From assembly GCA_040954595.2 (NCBI GenBank), contig CM082578.2, positions 4,570,831 through 4,634,830 of the forward strand: a stretch of 64,000 nt of DNA, given 5' to 3'. The stretch is from Balanoglossus misakiensis. Taxonomy: Eukaryota; Animalia; Hemichordata. The notes under the pieces were generated by a model, which worked only from the letters and a program-made list of their open reading frames with translations, was not told the DNA's origin and did no database searches. Shown here piece after piece: positions 1 through 11,835 of this stretch (within the stretch, counting starts at the first letter, position 1; each line of letters begins with the position of its first letter). The position numbers and the translations under genes are program-made.

Positions 1-3000
1 GCGAAGATCTTTGTGATTGGTCGAAGATTATGGCGGCCATATTGGATTTTCGTAAAACCTTAGTAAAATTTCAAAAATCTTCTTCTCAAGAACCGGCGAT
101 AACCGAGTCACAAGATTTGGTGTGTGTGGTCATTAAACAGATGTCTATCAAGTTTGCGAAGAGGAATGTGATTGGTCGAAGATTATGGCGGCCATATTGG
201 ATTTTGTGAAAAACGATTAAAAAGTAAAAATTCCCTTTCTAGCCTAAAAATTGATAGCACAGAAATTCTTTTTATGGATATGAATCATCATATGACAAGA
301 ATATGCTATAAATATTTTGGTAATTTTGGCAATGACCTTTGACCTACTTTTGACACATCATTTTTCTGCATATCTAATTCCAGGCTAACCAATAGGGCTA
401 TAAGTTTGGTTTTTGATGTATGTGGATTAGTGTGTGATCAAAATATTTTGCTACTTTTTGTGACCCCTTTGACCCCTGCTGACCTCATTAAATATGCACA
501 TACCTAATTAATGATGAACCAGTAGACCTAGAGGTTTTGTTTTTGTTATACATGGACCAGTATGGGGTCAAAATATTTTGCCTAAATGTTGGGTGACCTC
601 GGGTGACCTTTGATCTACTTAACACTATATCAGCATCAGATCAGATAATAGAGCTTGGGCCCGGACAATGCTGCTTGCAGCTTTAATCTTTCTTTATTCT
701 TGTGTCAATTCTTTGTCGCTCTAGATCTCAGACACCACTGCAGGTACACTTCTCAAACTTGCTACAGTGGTCAAGGTCAATGAGTAGATGTGCATTGAAC
801 CCTTGAATTTTTAATTAGTCACGTGACCTGGCGGCCATATTAGATTTTCTGAAAAAATGCAAATCTCAGATCTCAGAAACTACAAGTCAGATCGACTTCA
901 AACTTGGTGTGCAGGTAGTCTACCTTCTACCCATCATTTTTGTAATTGGATATTTTGCTGTCAATGTTGCAGTTTTTTTGCTACAGTTGTTTTTCTGAAA
1001 TCTGGTCAAAATTTCAAAAATCTTCTTCTCCAGAACCGGCGATAACCGAGTCACGCGGTTTGGGGTATGTGGTCACCAAACTGAGGTCTATCAAGTTTGC
1101 GAAGATCATTGTGATTGGTCGAAGATTATGGCGGCCATATTGGATTTTCGAAAAACCCTAGTAAAATTTCAAAAATCTTCTTCTCAAGAACCGGCGATAA
1201 CCGAGTCACAAGATTTGGTGTGTGTGGTCATTAAACAGATGTCTATCAAGTTTGCGAAGATCATTGTGATTGGTCGAAGATTTTGGCGGCCATATTGGAT
1301 TTTGTGAACAACGATTAAAAAGTAAAAATTCTGTTTCTAGCCTAAAAATTGATAGCACAGAAATTCTTTTTATGGATATGAATCATCATATGACAAGAAT
1401 AAGCTATAAATATTTTGGTAATTTTGGCAATGACCTTTGACCTACTTTTGACGCATCATTTTTCTGCATATCTAATTCCAGGCTAACCAATAGGGCTATA
1501 AGTTTGGTTTTTGATGTATGTGGTTTTGTATGTGATCAAAAAATTTTGCTACTTTTCATGACCCCTTTGACCTCTGCTGACCTCATTAAATATGCGCATA
1601 CCTAATTACAGATGAACCAAATGACCTAGAGGTTTGTTTTTTTCTGGACATGGATCAGTATGGGGTCAAAATATTTTGCCCAAATGTTGGATGACCTCGG
1701 GTGACCTTTGACCTACTTTTGCATATCTCGACATCCACAGCAGATACAGCCTTGGCGTTTGGAGGTATGGGGCCATAATGAAAAGCCAAAGTTTTGGGTC
1801 ACCTGTGACACCTGCTTAACTCATTATTTATGTGCATACCTAATTCCGGGCTAACCAAAAGGGCTAGAGATCTGGTTTTTGTTGGACTTGGACCACTATG
1901 GGTCAAAATTTTCTGCCCAAATTGTGGGTTACCTCTGGGTGACATTTGACCTACTTTTGCATATCTTGACATCCACAGCAGATACAGCCTTGGCGTTTGG
2001 AGGTATGGGGCCATAATGAAAAGCCAAAGTTTTTGGTCACCTGGGACACCTGCTTAACTCATTATTTATGTGCATACCTAATTCCGGGCTAACCAAAAGG
2101 GCTAGAGATCTGGTTTTTGTTGGACTTGGACCACTATGGGTCAAAATTTTCTGCCCAAATTGTGGGTTACCTCTGGGTGACATTTGACCTACTTAACACT
2201 ATATCAACACCAAACATAGATATAACCTTGATATTTCATGGGATAAAACACAGCATTATGTTTCTACTCATTAATTACGTGCATATCTAATAATCAGATC
2301 AGTTAATAGAGCTTGGGCCCGGACAATGCTGCTTGCAGCTTTAATACTTTCTTTCTTTCTTTATTCTTGTGTCAATTCTTTGACCCACGAGATCTCAGAC
2401 ACCGCTGCAGGTACACTTCTGAAACTTGCTACAGTGGTCAAGGTCAATAAGTAGTCGTGCATTGAACCCTTGAATTTTTAATTAGTCACGTGACCTGGCG
2501 GCCATCTTGGATTTTCTGAAAAAATGCAAATCTCAGATCTCAGAAACTACAAGTCAGATCGACTTCAAATTTGGCAAGCTGGTAGACTACCTTCTGCCCA
2601 TCATTTTTGTAATTAGAAATTATGCTGACAAAGTTGCAGTTTTTTGCTACAATTTTTTTTCTGAAATCTGGCTTAAATTTTAAAAATCTTCTTCTCCAGA
2701 ACCAGTGAAAACCAAGACACGGGGTTTTGGGTATGTGGTCACCTAACTGATGTCTATCAAGTTTGCGAAGATCATTGTGATTGGTCGAAGATTATGGCGG
2801 CCATATTGGATTTTCGTAAAACCCTAGTAAAATTTCAAAAATCTTCTTCTCAAGAACCGGCGATAACTGAGTCACAAGATTTGGTGTGTGTGGTCATTAA
2901 ACAGATGTCTATCAAATTTGCGAAGAGGAATGTAATTGGTCGAAGATTATGGCGGCCATATTGGATTTTGTGAAAAACAATTAAAAAGTAAAAATTCCTT

Positions 3001-6000
3001 TTCTAGCCTAAAAATTGATAGCACAGAAATTCTTTTTATGGATATGAATCATCATATGCCAAGAATAAGCTATAAATATTTTTGTAATTTTGGCAATGAC
3101 CTTTGACCTACTTTTGACGCATCATTTTTCTGCATATCTAATTCCAGGCTACCCAATAGGGCTATAAGTTTGGTTTTTGATGTATGTGGATTTGTATGTG
3201 ATCAAAAAATTTTGCTACTTTTCATGACCCCTTTGACCTCTGGTGACCTCATTAAATATGCGCATACCTAATTAATGATCAACCAATAGACCTTAGAGGT
3301 TTTGTTTTTGTTATACATGGACCAGTATGGGGTCAAAATATTTTGCCCAAATGTTGGGTGACCTCGGGTGACCTTTGACCTACTTTTGCATATCTCGACA
3401 TCCACACCAGATACAGCCTTGGCGTTTGGAGGTATGGGGCCATAATGAAAAGCCAAAGTTTTGGGTCACCTGTGACACCTGCTTTACTCATTATTTATGT
3501 GCATACCTAATTCCGGGCTAACCAAAAGGGCTAGATGTCTGGTTTTTGTTGGACATGGACCACTATGGGTCAAAATTTTCTGCCCAAATTTTGGATGACG
3601 TCAGATGCCCTTTGACCTACTTTTGCATATATCGGCATCCAAAGCAGGTACAGTCTTGGCATTTGGAGGTATGGGGCCATAATGAAAAGCCAAAGTTTTG
3701 GGTCACCTGTGACACCTGCTTTACGCATTATTTATGTGCATACCTAATTCCGGGCTAACCAAAAGGGCTAGAGGTCTGGTTTTTGTTGGACATGGACCAC
3801 TATGGGTCAAAATTTTCTGCCCAAATTTTGGGTGACCTCAGATGACCTTTGACCTACTTAACACTATATCAACACCAAACATAGATATAACCTTGATATT
3901 TCATGGGATAAAACACAGCATTATGTTTCTACTCATTAATTATGTGCATATCTAATAATCAGATCAGATAATAGAGCTTGGGCCCGGACAATGCTGCTTG
4001 CAGCTTTAATTCTGTCTTTCCTTCTTTCTTCTTTCTTCTTTCTTCTTTCTTTATTCTTGTGTCAATTCTTTGTCGCTCTAGATCTCAGACACCACTGCAG
4101 GTACACTTCTCAAACTTGCTACAGTGGTCAAGGTCAATGAGTAGATGTGCATTGAACCCTTGAATTTTTAATTAGTCACGTGACCTGGCGGCCATATTAG
4201 ATTTTCTGAAAAAATGCAAATCTCAGATCTCAGAAACTACAAGTCAGATCGACTTCAAACTTGGTGTGCAGGTAGTCTACCTTCTACCCATCATTTTAGT
4301 AATTGGATATTTTGCTGTCAATGTTGCAGTTTTTTTGCTACAGTTGTTTTTCTGAAATCTGGCTTAAATTTCAAAAATCTTCTTCTCCAGAACCGGTGAT
4401 AACCAAGACACGGGGTTTGGGGTATGTGGTCACCTAACTGATGTCTATCAAGTTTGCGAAGATCATTGTGATTGGTTGAAGATTATGGCGGCCATATTGG
4501 ATTTTCGAAAAACCCTAGTAAAATTGCAAAATTCTTCTTCTCAAGAACCGGCGATAACCGAGTCACAAGATTTGGTGTGTGTGGTCATTAAACGGATGTC
4601 TATCAAGTTTGCGAAGGGGAATGTGATTGGTCGAAGATTATGGCGGCCATATTGGATTTTGTGAAAAACGATTAAAAAGTAAAAATTCCTTTTCTAGCCT
4701 AAAAATTGATAGCACAGAAATTCTTTTTATGGATATGAATCATCATATGACAAGAATAACCTATAAATATTTTGGTAATTTTGGCAATGACCTTTGACCT
4801 ACTTTTGACGAATCATTTTTCTGCATATCTAATTCCAGGCTAACCAATAGGGCTATAAGTTTGGTTTTTGATGTATGTGGATTTGTATGTGATCAAAAAA
4901 TTTTGCTACTTTTCATGACCCCTTTGACCTCTGGTGACCTCATTAAATATGCATATACCTAATTACAGATGAACCAATAGACCTAGAGGTTTTGTTTTTG
5001 TTATACATGGACCAGTATGGGGTCAAAATATTTTGCCCAAATGTTGGGTGACCTCGGGTGACTTTTGACCTACTTAACACTATATTAGCATCAGATCAGA
5101 TAATAGAGCTTGGGCCCGGACAATGCTGCTTGCAGCTTTAATCTTTCTTTCTTTCTTTATTCTTGGTTCACTTCTTTCGCGCTCTAGATCTCAGACACCG
5201 CTGCAGGTACAGTTCTCAAACTTGCTACAGTGGTCAAGGTCAATGAGTAGATGTGCAGTGACTTGTGAATACTTAATTAGTCACGTGACATGGCGGCCAT
5301 ATTGGATTTTCTGAAAAAATGCAAATCTCAGATCTCAGAAACTACAAGTCAGATCGAGTTAAGATTTGGCGTGCTGGTAGTATACCCTCTGCCCATCATT
5401 TTTGTAATTGGATATTTTGCTGTCAATGTTGCAGTTTTTTTGCTACAGTTGTTTTTCTGAAATCTGGTCAAAATTTCAAAAATCTTCTTCTCCAGAACCG
5501 GCGATAACCGAGTCACGCCGTTTGGGGTATGTGGTCACCTAACTGATGTCTATCAAGTTTGCGAAGATCATTGTGATTGGTCGAAGATTATGGCGGCCAT
5601 ATTGGATTTTCGAAAAACCATAGTAAAACTTCAAAAATCTTCTTCTCCAGAACGGGCGATAACCGAGTCACAAGATTTGGTGTGTGTGGTCATTAAACAG
5701 ATGTCTATCAAGTTTGCGAAGGGGAATGTGATTGGTCGAAGATTATGGCGGCCATATTGGATTTTGTGAAAAACGATTAAAAAGTAAAAATTCCTTTTCT
5801 AGCCTAAAAATTGATAGCACAGAAATTCTTTTTATGGATATGAATCATCATATGACAAGAATAACCTATAAATATTTTGGTAATTTTGGCAATGACCTTT
5901 GACCTACTTTTGACGCATCATTTTTCTGCATATCTAATTCCAGGCTAACCAATAGGGCTATAAGTTTGGTTTTTGATGTATGTGGATTTGTATGTGATCA

Positions 6001-6247
6001 AAAAATTTTGCTACTTTTCATGACCCCTTTGACCTCTGGTGACCTCATTAAATATGCGCATACCTAATTACAGATGAACCAATAGACCTAGAGGTTTTGT
6101 TTTTGTTATACATGGACCAGTATGGGGTCAAAATATTTTGCCCAAATGTTGGGTGACCTCGGGTGACCTTTGACCTACTTAACACTATATTAGCATCAGA
6201 TCAGATAATAGAGCTTGGGCCCGGACAATGCTGCTTGCAGCTTTAAT
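1..6247 (+). mobile_element. Head-to-tail tandem array (one partial plus four full units) of a non-coding 1.1-1.7 kb repeat with Helentron/HINE-like ends
   Basis: Every unit ends GAGCTTGGGCCCGGACAAT-GCTGC-TT-GCAGC-TTTAAT (ends at 687, 2345, 4010, 5142, 6247) and the next starts with a (CTTT)n tract. Internal ~120-bp subrepeats (AAAATCTTCTTCTC...GGCGGCCATATTGG) occur in all units; units 2-3 carry extra ~240-bp subrepeats. No credible ORF. Confidence 0.7.
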
Positions 6248-6304
6248 TTACATTGACATTGCATTAGATGGACCGGCTACAAATTCTGTTATATAAAAGT
6301 CCGA

Positions 6305-8400
6305 GCCCCTATCTTTACGAGTGTAAATCTTGGCGTTGCTGGTCCAAGTGTATTTTCAATTCAGCTGATTTCTGCGGTCGTTCACTTCATAGACAAGGTG
6401 TCTTACCATTATGGTCAATACTCAATGATATATATTGTTGGTGCAATTTTCGGTTGGAGTTGAGGCGGCATTTTGCCTCAAGGTTTTTCCGTGCATAGTA
6501 GAATTGATCTCTTGTAATTATGGATAATTGTAACTTGGAGAAGTTTGCATTCATACTGCCATGCCACAATCAGGTACAATTTGTATTTAGGGAATGTCCA
6601 GAATTTACTTCCAGGGGGGGCTGGAGGATTTTCAGGGGGGGCCACCCATTTTCCCCAAGAAAAATTAGGGGGGGTCAGACATAAAAATCACAATCCTTTA
6701 GGGGGGGGCATGTAAAAAACTCTCACAAACTCAATATTTGCCCAGAAGTACTGATTTATAAGAAACAAACCACCATGGCTACCTGGATGACAGATGAACT
6801 CCGCAAGTGCATTAAATCTTCATAAGCTTGAATTTCCGGTAATTTTTACGGTTATTTTGTATATTTACTACAGTTTCTTGTTCTACTCTGTGAAGCATAA
6901 TAAAATGCCCAGCATTTGGCCTGCCAGCACAGACCATAAATGTACAGTGAACAGTCAGTGTTGTTACTGTTGACGAGCTCAATTCAAGTCCAGACTAGAA
7001 TTCGTTAATTTTCTCATCAATCATTCATATATGTATATAAAAAGTTAATTTGCTTTTGGGTTCATTAAAATGCAGCTTTGAGCTCTGTATTTTATAAAAT
7101 TTTCTTACAGGGGAGGGGGACACCCCCTCCCAAACCCACCCCCTTCACTTCTCGGTTTACAATATCTGCCAACACAGAATACAAATACTTAACAAATATA
7201 AACAATGTTCAGTTTTAATATCCACTGATGAGGAAAAACATCAGTTTCAAATTCTTTTCATGGGAGCGCTGTTTTTCTTTTTTTACAAGATAGATAGGTA
7301 ATGTGTTTTGCTGTGTGAAAGAAAATGGGGGGTGGGATTTCAAAATTTTAAGCTGTTCGGAAGGGGGGATTTGAAAATATTTCGGGTTGTGTACGGGGGG
7401 CATGTGAAAATTAACGGTAAAAAAAATTTAATTCTCCCCCCCCCCCCCTTCCAGAGGTGTTTGTAAATGCAGCCTTATCAGACTGTATGTGTCGTAGTCT
7501 GTACCGGTAAGCATGCATGTATATATTGGGGGGGGGGGGTCATGGAAAAAAAACAGGAAATTTACGGGGGGGCCACAGATTTCCTCCACAATTTACAAGG
7601 GGGGGCAATGGAAAAAAATCACCAGGAAAATAAGAAATCCTCCAGCCCCACCCTGGAAGTAAATTCTGGACAGTCCCTTAGGCTAGCATTCAGTATACTG
7701 AATTTGGATCTGTTCATATAAATTCGACCGCTGTAAACGTTTACATCTTCCGAAATAGAAAATATATGAAATAAATGAGTATGATTTACCAAAGGCTTTG
7801 AAGCGGATTGTGACTGAGAGATAAGACATGGTACAGAAGGTCACATGATTCAAAGCCGAGGGCATTTGTCCTTCTCTATAGAAGAGATGTAATCCCCATT
7901 ATAAGAGTAATCAACCAAATGATGACAAAAAGGCCTTGGAAAGTAAATTTTTCCTAGCCTCGAATTTCTGAAAATCATCATAATTTTCTTAATTTTAGAA
8001 GATACTGGTCAAGTACACTTTTCAAGTACACTTTGTATAGTTCAAAGGGAACTTGCTTTGAGCAGCTTGCTTATAGAGCATGCGGGCGGTTCCAGTTTCC
8101 TGCATACTCAGATATTTAGGTTTCAATTTCGTGTAAGAATAATGCACCGACTGTCTAAGAAGCGTAAATTCAAGCGGAAGCGATAAGAAGGTTTAAAGTC
8201 CCTATAGCTGCCAAATTTCACATATTTTTTTCACATTGAAAAACTTCAAATATATTCCCTATCCTGTAAAATCCTTACCATTAAGCCATATTACTTGCAT
8301 CTGCATAGCTGCGTACTGTTTGTATGGAGGCTGATTAAATCGGTGCGTGTTCAAATTGCAACATACAGTCACAATCGGGCATCGAAAAGACATGGACTGA
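6305..8400 (+). repeat. Dispersed repeat family R, split by a MITE at 6590-7677
   Basis: Near-identical to 21975-22620 and, in reverse complement, to 32095-32690, 33135-33960 and 41690-42300; fragments at 20600-20717, 21100-21150 and 58680-58925. Boundaries approximate. Confidence 0.8.
6590..7677. mobile_element. PIF/Harbinger-type MITE (~1.09 kb)
   Basis: ~43-bp TIRs GGGAATGTCCAGAATTTACTTCCAGGG... / ...CCCTGGAAGTAAATTCTGGACAGTCCC; TTA TSD at 6587-6589 and 7678-7680; the empty site TGTATTTAGGCTAGC is seen at 22251-22265. Confidence 0.9.
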
Positions 8401-8625
8401 CATGGATGTAAATGAGATTTAATGTAAATATATGTATTTAATCATAGTTATTTGATCATTGTTATTAATATTGTAAGTCTTTGTGATCCCTATGTCTTAA
8501 AACCATGATCTGGATGGGGGTTTTGTCACTTTGGAAATACTGTTAGCAGTGATTGAACACTGTTATAGAGTCGGCTGTTCAATGCATTGTATATTCTCAT
8601 GTACCTCCTTGCAACCAGATTCAAC

Positions 8626-9049
8626 CACGGGCGTCATGGAACAATAAAGTGTATAGATATTAATGAACTTAGCATAAACGCGACGTCCTCAATGAACAAA
8701 GAATAAAATATTTCATGGGTTTGTTTGGTGTGGACGAGAAATGCACTAAAGCTAGGTCAGTGTTAACTTTATGTGCAAAACCACACCGTACGCGTACCTC
8801 TATAGGGGATAGGCACCGTGTGTATACGATCTCGTCTTGAGCAGTAAAGGCGATGTCTACGCATGCGTAAGCGCCCGCAACTGATCTGCCCTGTGTACGT
8901 TCGCTCGCATATTTTGCAAGTCCAGCTGTAGCTAGGCCGTTCGTGAGTGTAGTTCTCGTTCACATAAAAAAACACGAAATAATTTATTGTGTGTTCGTTT
9001 AGGCCTATGCTAAATTATCCATACACTTTATTGTTCCATGACGCCCGTG
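8626..9049. mobile_element. Non-autonomous TIR element (424 bp), P-element-like termini
   Basis: 29-bp perfect TIR CACGGGCGTCATGGAACAATAAAGTGTAT; direct repeat ATTCAAC at 8619-8625 and 9050-9056. Superfamily assignment is tentative. Confidence 0.8.
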
Positions 9050-9181
9050 ATTCAACTGGTGTATGGTGACCAGTATCGAGAATGTGCAGGGCCTACAGCA
9101 ATGGGTGCTGGGACAATTATTGGCATACACATTAAACATGTATACAGGCATCAGCACATTTTAACCATGCGTGGGAGTTAC

Positions 9182-9272
9182 TAGACTGAAAGATTCAGTT
9201 GGGAGGGGCGCTCTGGTCAAAGAGTCATAGGCATTGCTGGAGCGCCCGCACAGGACCGAATCTTTCAGTCTA
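9182..9272. mobile_element. Tiny palindromic MITE (91 bp)
   Basis: TAGACTGAAAGATTC...GAATCTTTCAGTCTA termini, inner GGGCGCTC/GAGCGCCC; flanks GGGAGTTAC and GGCAGCTAT match at 6 of 9 positions (possible decayed TSD). Confidence 0.6.
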
Positions 9273-10967
9273 GGCAGCTATATATACGTACATGTAAATA
9301 ATTTCTTCCCTTTCTGTCACTGGTGGCGCTGTGCATTCCCATCGCACATACACAGTTCTGAGGCAGTTAATTCTCTCTGACCATGCGTGGAACGTATGTG
9401 TACAATAAATCCCATTACAATTAGCTAGTTGTGGAAGTCAAGTTCATGTAAAGATAAAAATTATCTAGTGTATAAATGCATGTCCTTAACAATAAGCAAC
9501 GACTTCTTATCCATGTACACGCCTTTTTGTAAAGAATAGTTCATTATCTTTGAGATAAAATGTTGATTTTATTCATTTAAAGGGCATAGAAATGCTCTCA
9601 GATACATTTAAACATAATGTTATTGCTTCAATTCGCATTCTTGTAGATATACATGTATTTGTATGAACATTTGTGCATATTTATTAAAAACATGCTGAAC
9701 TTTATCAATGCTCTAATAAACTTATAATTTTATTGAAACCGTGGGATTCCTTTCATGCATTTTTTATTTTACAGCATATCATACAATTTTACTGCCTCTA
9801 AATCTGCATTGTTTTAGCAATATAAGCGGTGTTAGTGATGACATAGCTGATTTACTGATCTACGATTTCAAAAACAAGCAAATTCACGTTCTAACTGCTG
9901 TTTGGACAGTGCCCTCACCACTGCACAGAGTAACACAGACTCGTTAGTAGCTTTATTTAGTTGTCATGGACGAGTCTATAGCTTGCTTATATGGATCGGT
10001 TTTTGTCTTGTAAGTTGTAGTTGTTGTCAGTCAGTCTATATATATACATGTATGTCTGCATGTGAGGGCGTCCGTCAACTCAAATATTTTGAGAACCGGA
10101 ATAGATACAAGCTGGAAATTTTGATGCATCACGGACATATGCACATGTTTTAGTTTTCATCATATTGATGCAAATGAACTCAAAAATTCTCATTTTTGGT
10201 CAAAAATCATCTCGGAAACCACTTTCTGCATCTATTTAGAAATTCAGTTACGCACACCTAGCAAAATCTTCAACTTGATTGAGGGGTGGCTAGTTTATGA
10301 AGAAGAAGACGAAGCAGCTATTTCAGCATTATATCAATGATTAAATACTTCACGCTCTGGCTTCATTTTTTACACTTTTATTTATTTGACAACATTTTAC
10401 AATACATAGTCATTTCATGCACAGGTGAATATAGTCGACTAATCAGACCAACTACATGTATCTCACAGAGAATAGATTACAATCTAATCATTTAATGTTC
10501 AAGAAAGCAAAATCATCCAATCAGATAAAATTTTACAGTTCGTGGGTCAACCACAAATTGGAACTAAAACAAACATGCTCATAAACACAATGTTTGACCT
10601 TAAATGCTATTATCAAGTTGTTGCAAGTCGGGTATTTTATGATACGAATTTTCAGGTCATCAGCCCAATATACAAACAAACTCGGATAAATTATTAAATG
10701 ACAAGTGAAAGAGTTTTAATGTCAGACCTTACATTATTTACATCTGTTCTGAGTAACAGGGAATGTGAAATTTCAAACGGTGATGTCAAATGAAAAAGAC
10801 GGTAAACATGTTTTTCTTAAACCATTAAAACATTGAAAATATATGCAACGTGATACTCTTTTTCGAACTCATTTCGCTCACGTAATACACAAAGTCTGTC
10901 CATTTTGTCGATGTTAAACGTTCTATCAGTTTCTATTTTTAAATAATGAAATGAGCATCTTAATCGT

Positions 10968-11028
10968 TAGTCTGGTCCCCTGCCCCATTCCCACCGCTGG
11001 CTGCGCTATTGGGCAGGGGACCAGACTA
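10968..11028. mobile_element. 61-bp hairpin mini-MITE with 9-bp TSD (Mutator-like)
   Basis: TIR TAGTCTGGTCCCCTGCCC / GGGCAGGGGACCAGACTA; TSD CTTAATCGT at 10959-10967 and 11029-11037. Confidence 0.85.
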
Positions 11029-11137
11029 CTTAATCGTGCCATGCATGCTTATAAACTTTAACAACCGAGAGGTAGTTTTCTGGTACACGTGATATTTTAA
11101 ATATGTTACATGCATATGAAAATTTACCAGTTGTACA

Positions 11138-11343
11138 AATTTCGCTAAACCAATTACAATACAACAATATTTAAGATTTCCCACTAATGAATTCATAAAG
11201 CTTTTGTCATCAAGTATTTCTTGTTTGTTCCATATAGGGTAATTTCGCTAAACCAATTACAATACAACAATATTTAAGATTTCCCACTAATGAATTCATA
11301 AAGCTTTTGTCATCAAGTATTTCGTGTTTGTTCCATATAGGGT
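11138..11343. repeat. 103-bp direct tandem duplication downstream of GPCR copy A
   Basis: AATTTCGCTAAACCAATTAC... starts at 11138 and 11241; only one copy is present in the paralogous region (~39595-39700). Confidence 0.9.
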
Positions 11344-11835
11344 AATACGTCTTGTTGATAACATTGAAAAAGAATATTATTTATACATCTTTTAGCTAAA
11401 ATTCAGGTTCAACCAAATAAGATATTTTACAACGTAAAAATACATTACAGTAATAGAATAAAGGCGACAATTGCTTTACTTTCTTTTTGTTACATAAACA
11501 TTGGAGCAGTTTCATTTGTGACTTTCTAAAGATTATTGAACGTTTCATCAATGACATAAAACACAATTTTTTTTTTTTTGGGGGGGGGGGGCGCATTATC
11601 CGCCAGTGGACATACACGCATAGGGTAGAATTCACGAGCAGCCATACATATATGTGATGACCGCTCACAGTTCATCAAACACGATACAAAAAATAATCGA
11701 TGCCAGAAATGGTCGCTTTGATTTATTATTAGCTAATATGGACCATACTCGAATTAGCCTACAATGGATTGATGAGAGGCAAAAGAGTGGGCTTTACAAT
11801 TAGCAAAATCCGATATGACAGTTAGCATTCCCACC

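Noticed and set aside
857-5507. Repeated 60-70 aa ORFs (MQISDLRNYK...)
   Set aside because: Chance ORFs in tandem repeat units; stops vary between copies and there is no domain signal.
1-6247. CRISPR-like or rDNA-like array
   Set aside because: No short repeat with unique spacers, no recognisable rRNA or tRNA motifs, and the context is eukaryotic.
6268-6569. ORFs recurring in family R (YLYECKSWRC..., MWHGSMNANF...)
   Set aside because: They recur only because the DNA repeat recurs; no transposase or RT motifs are present and frames break between copies.
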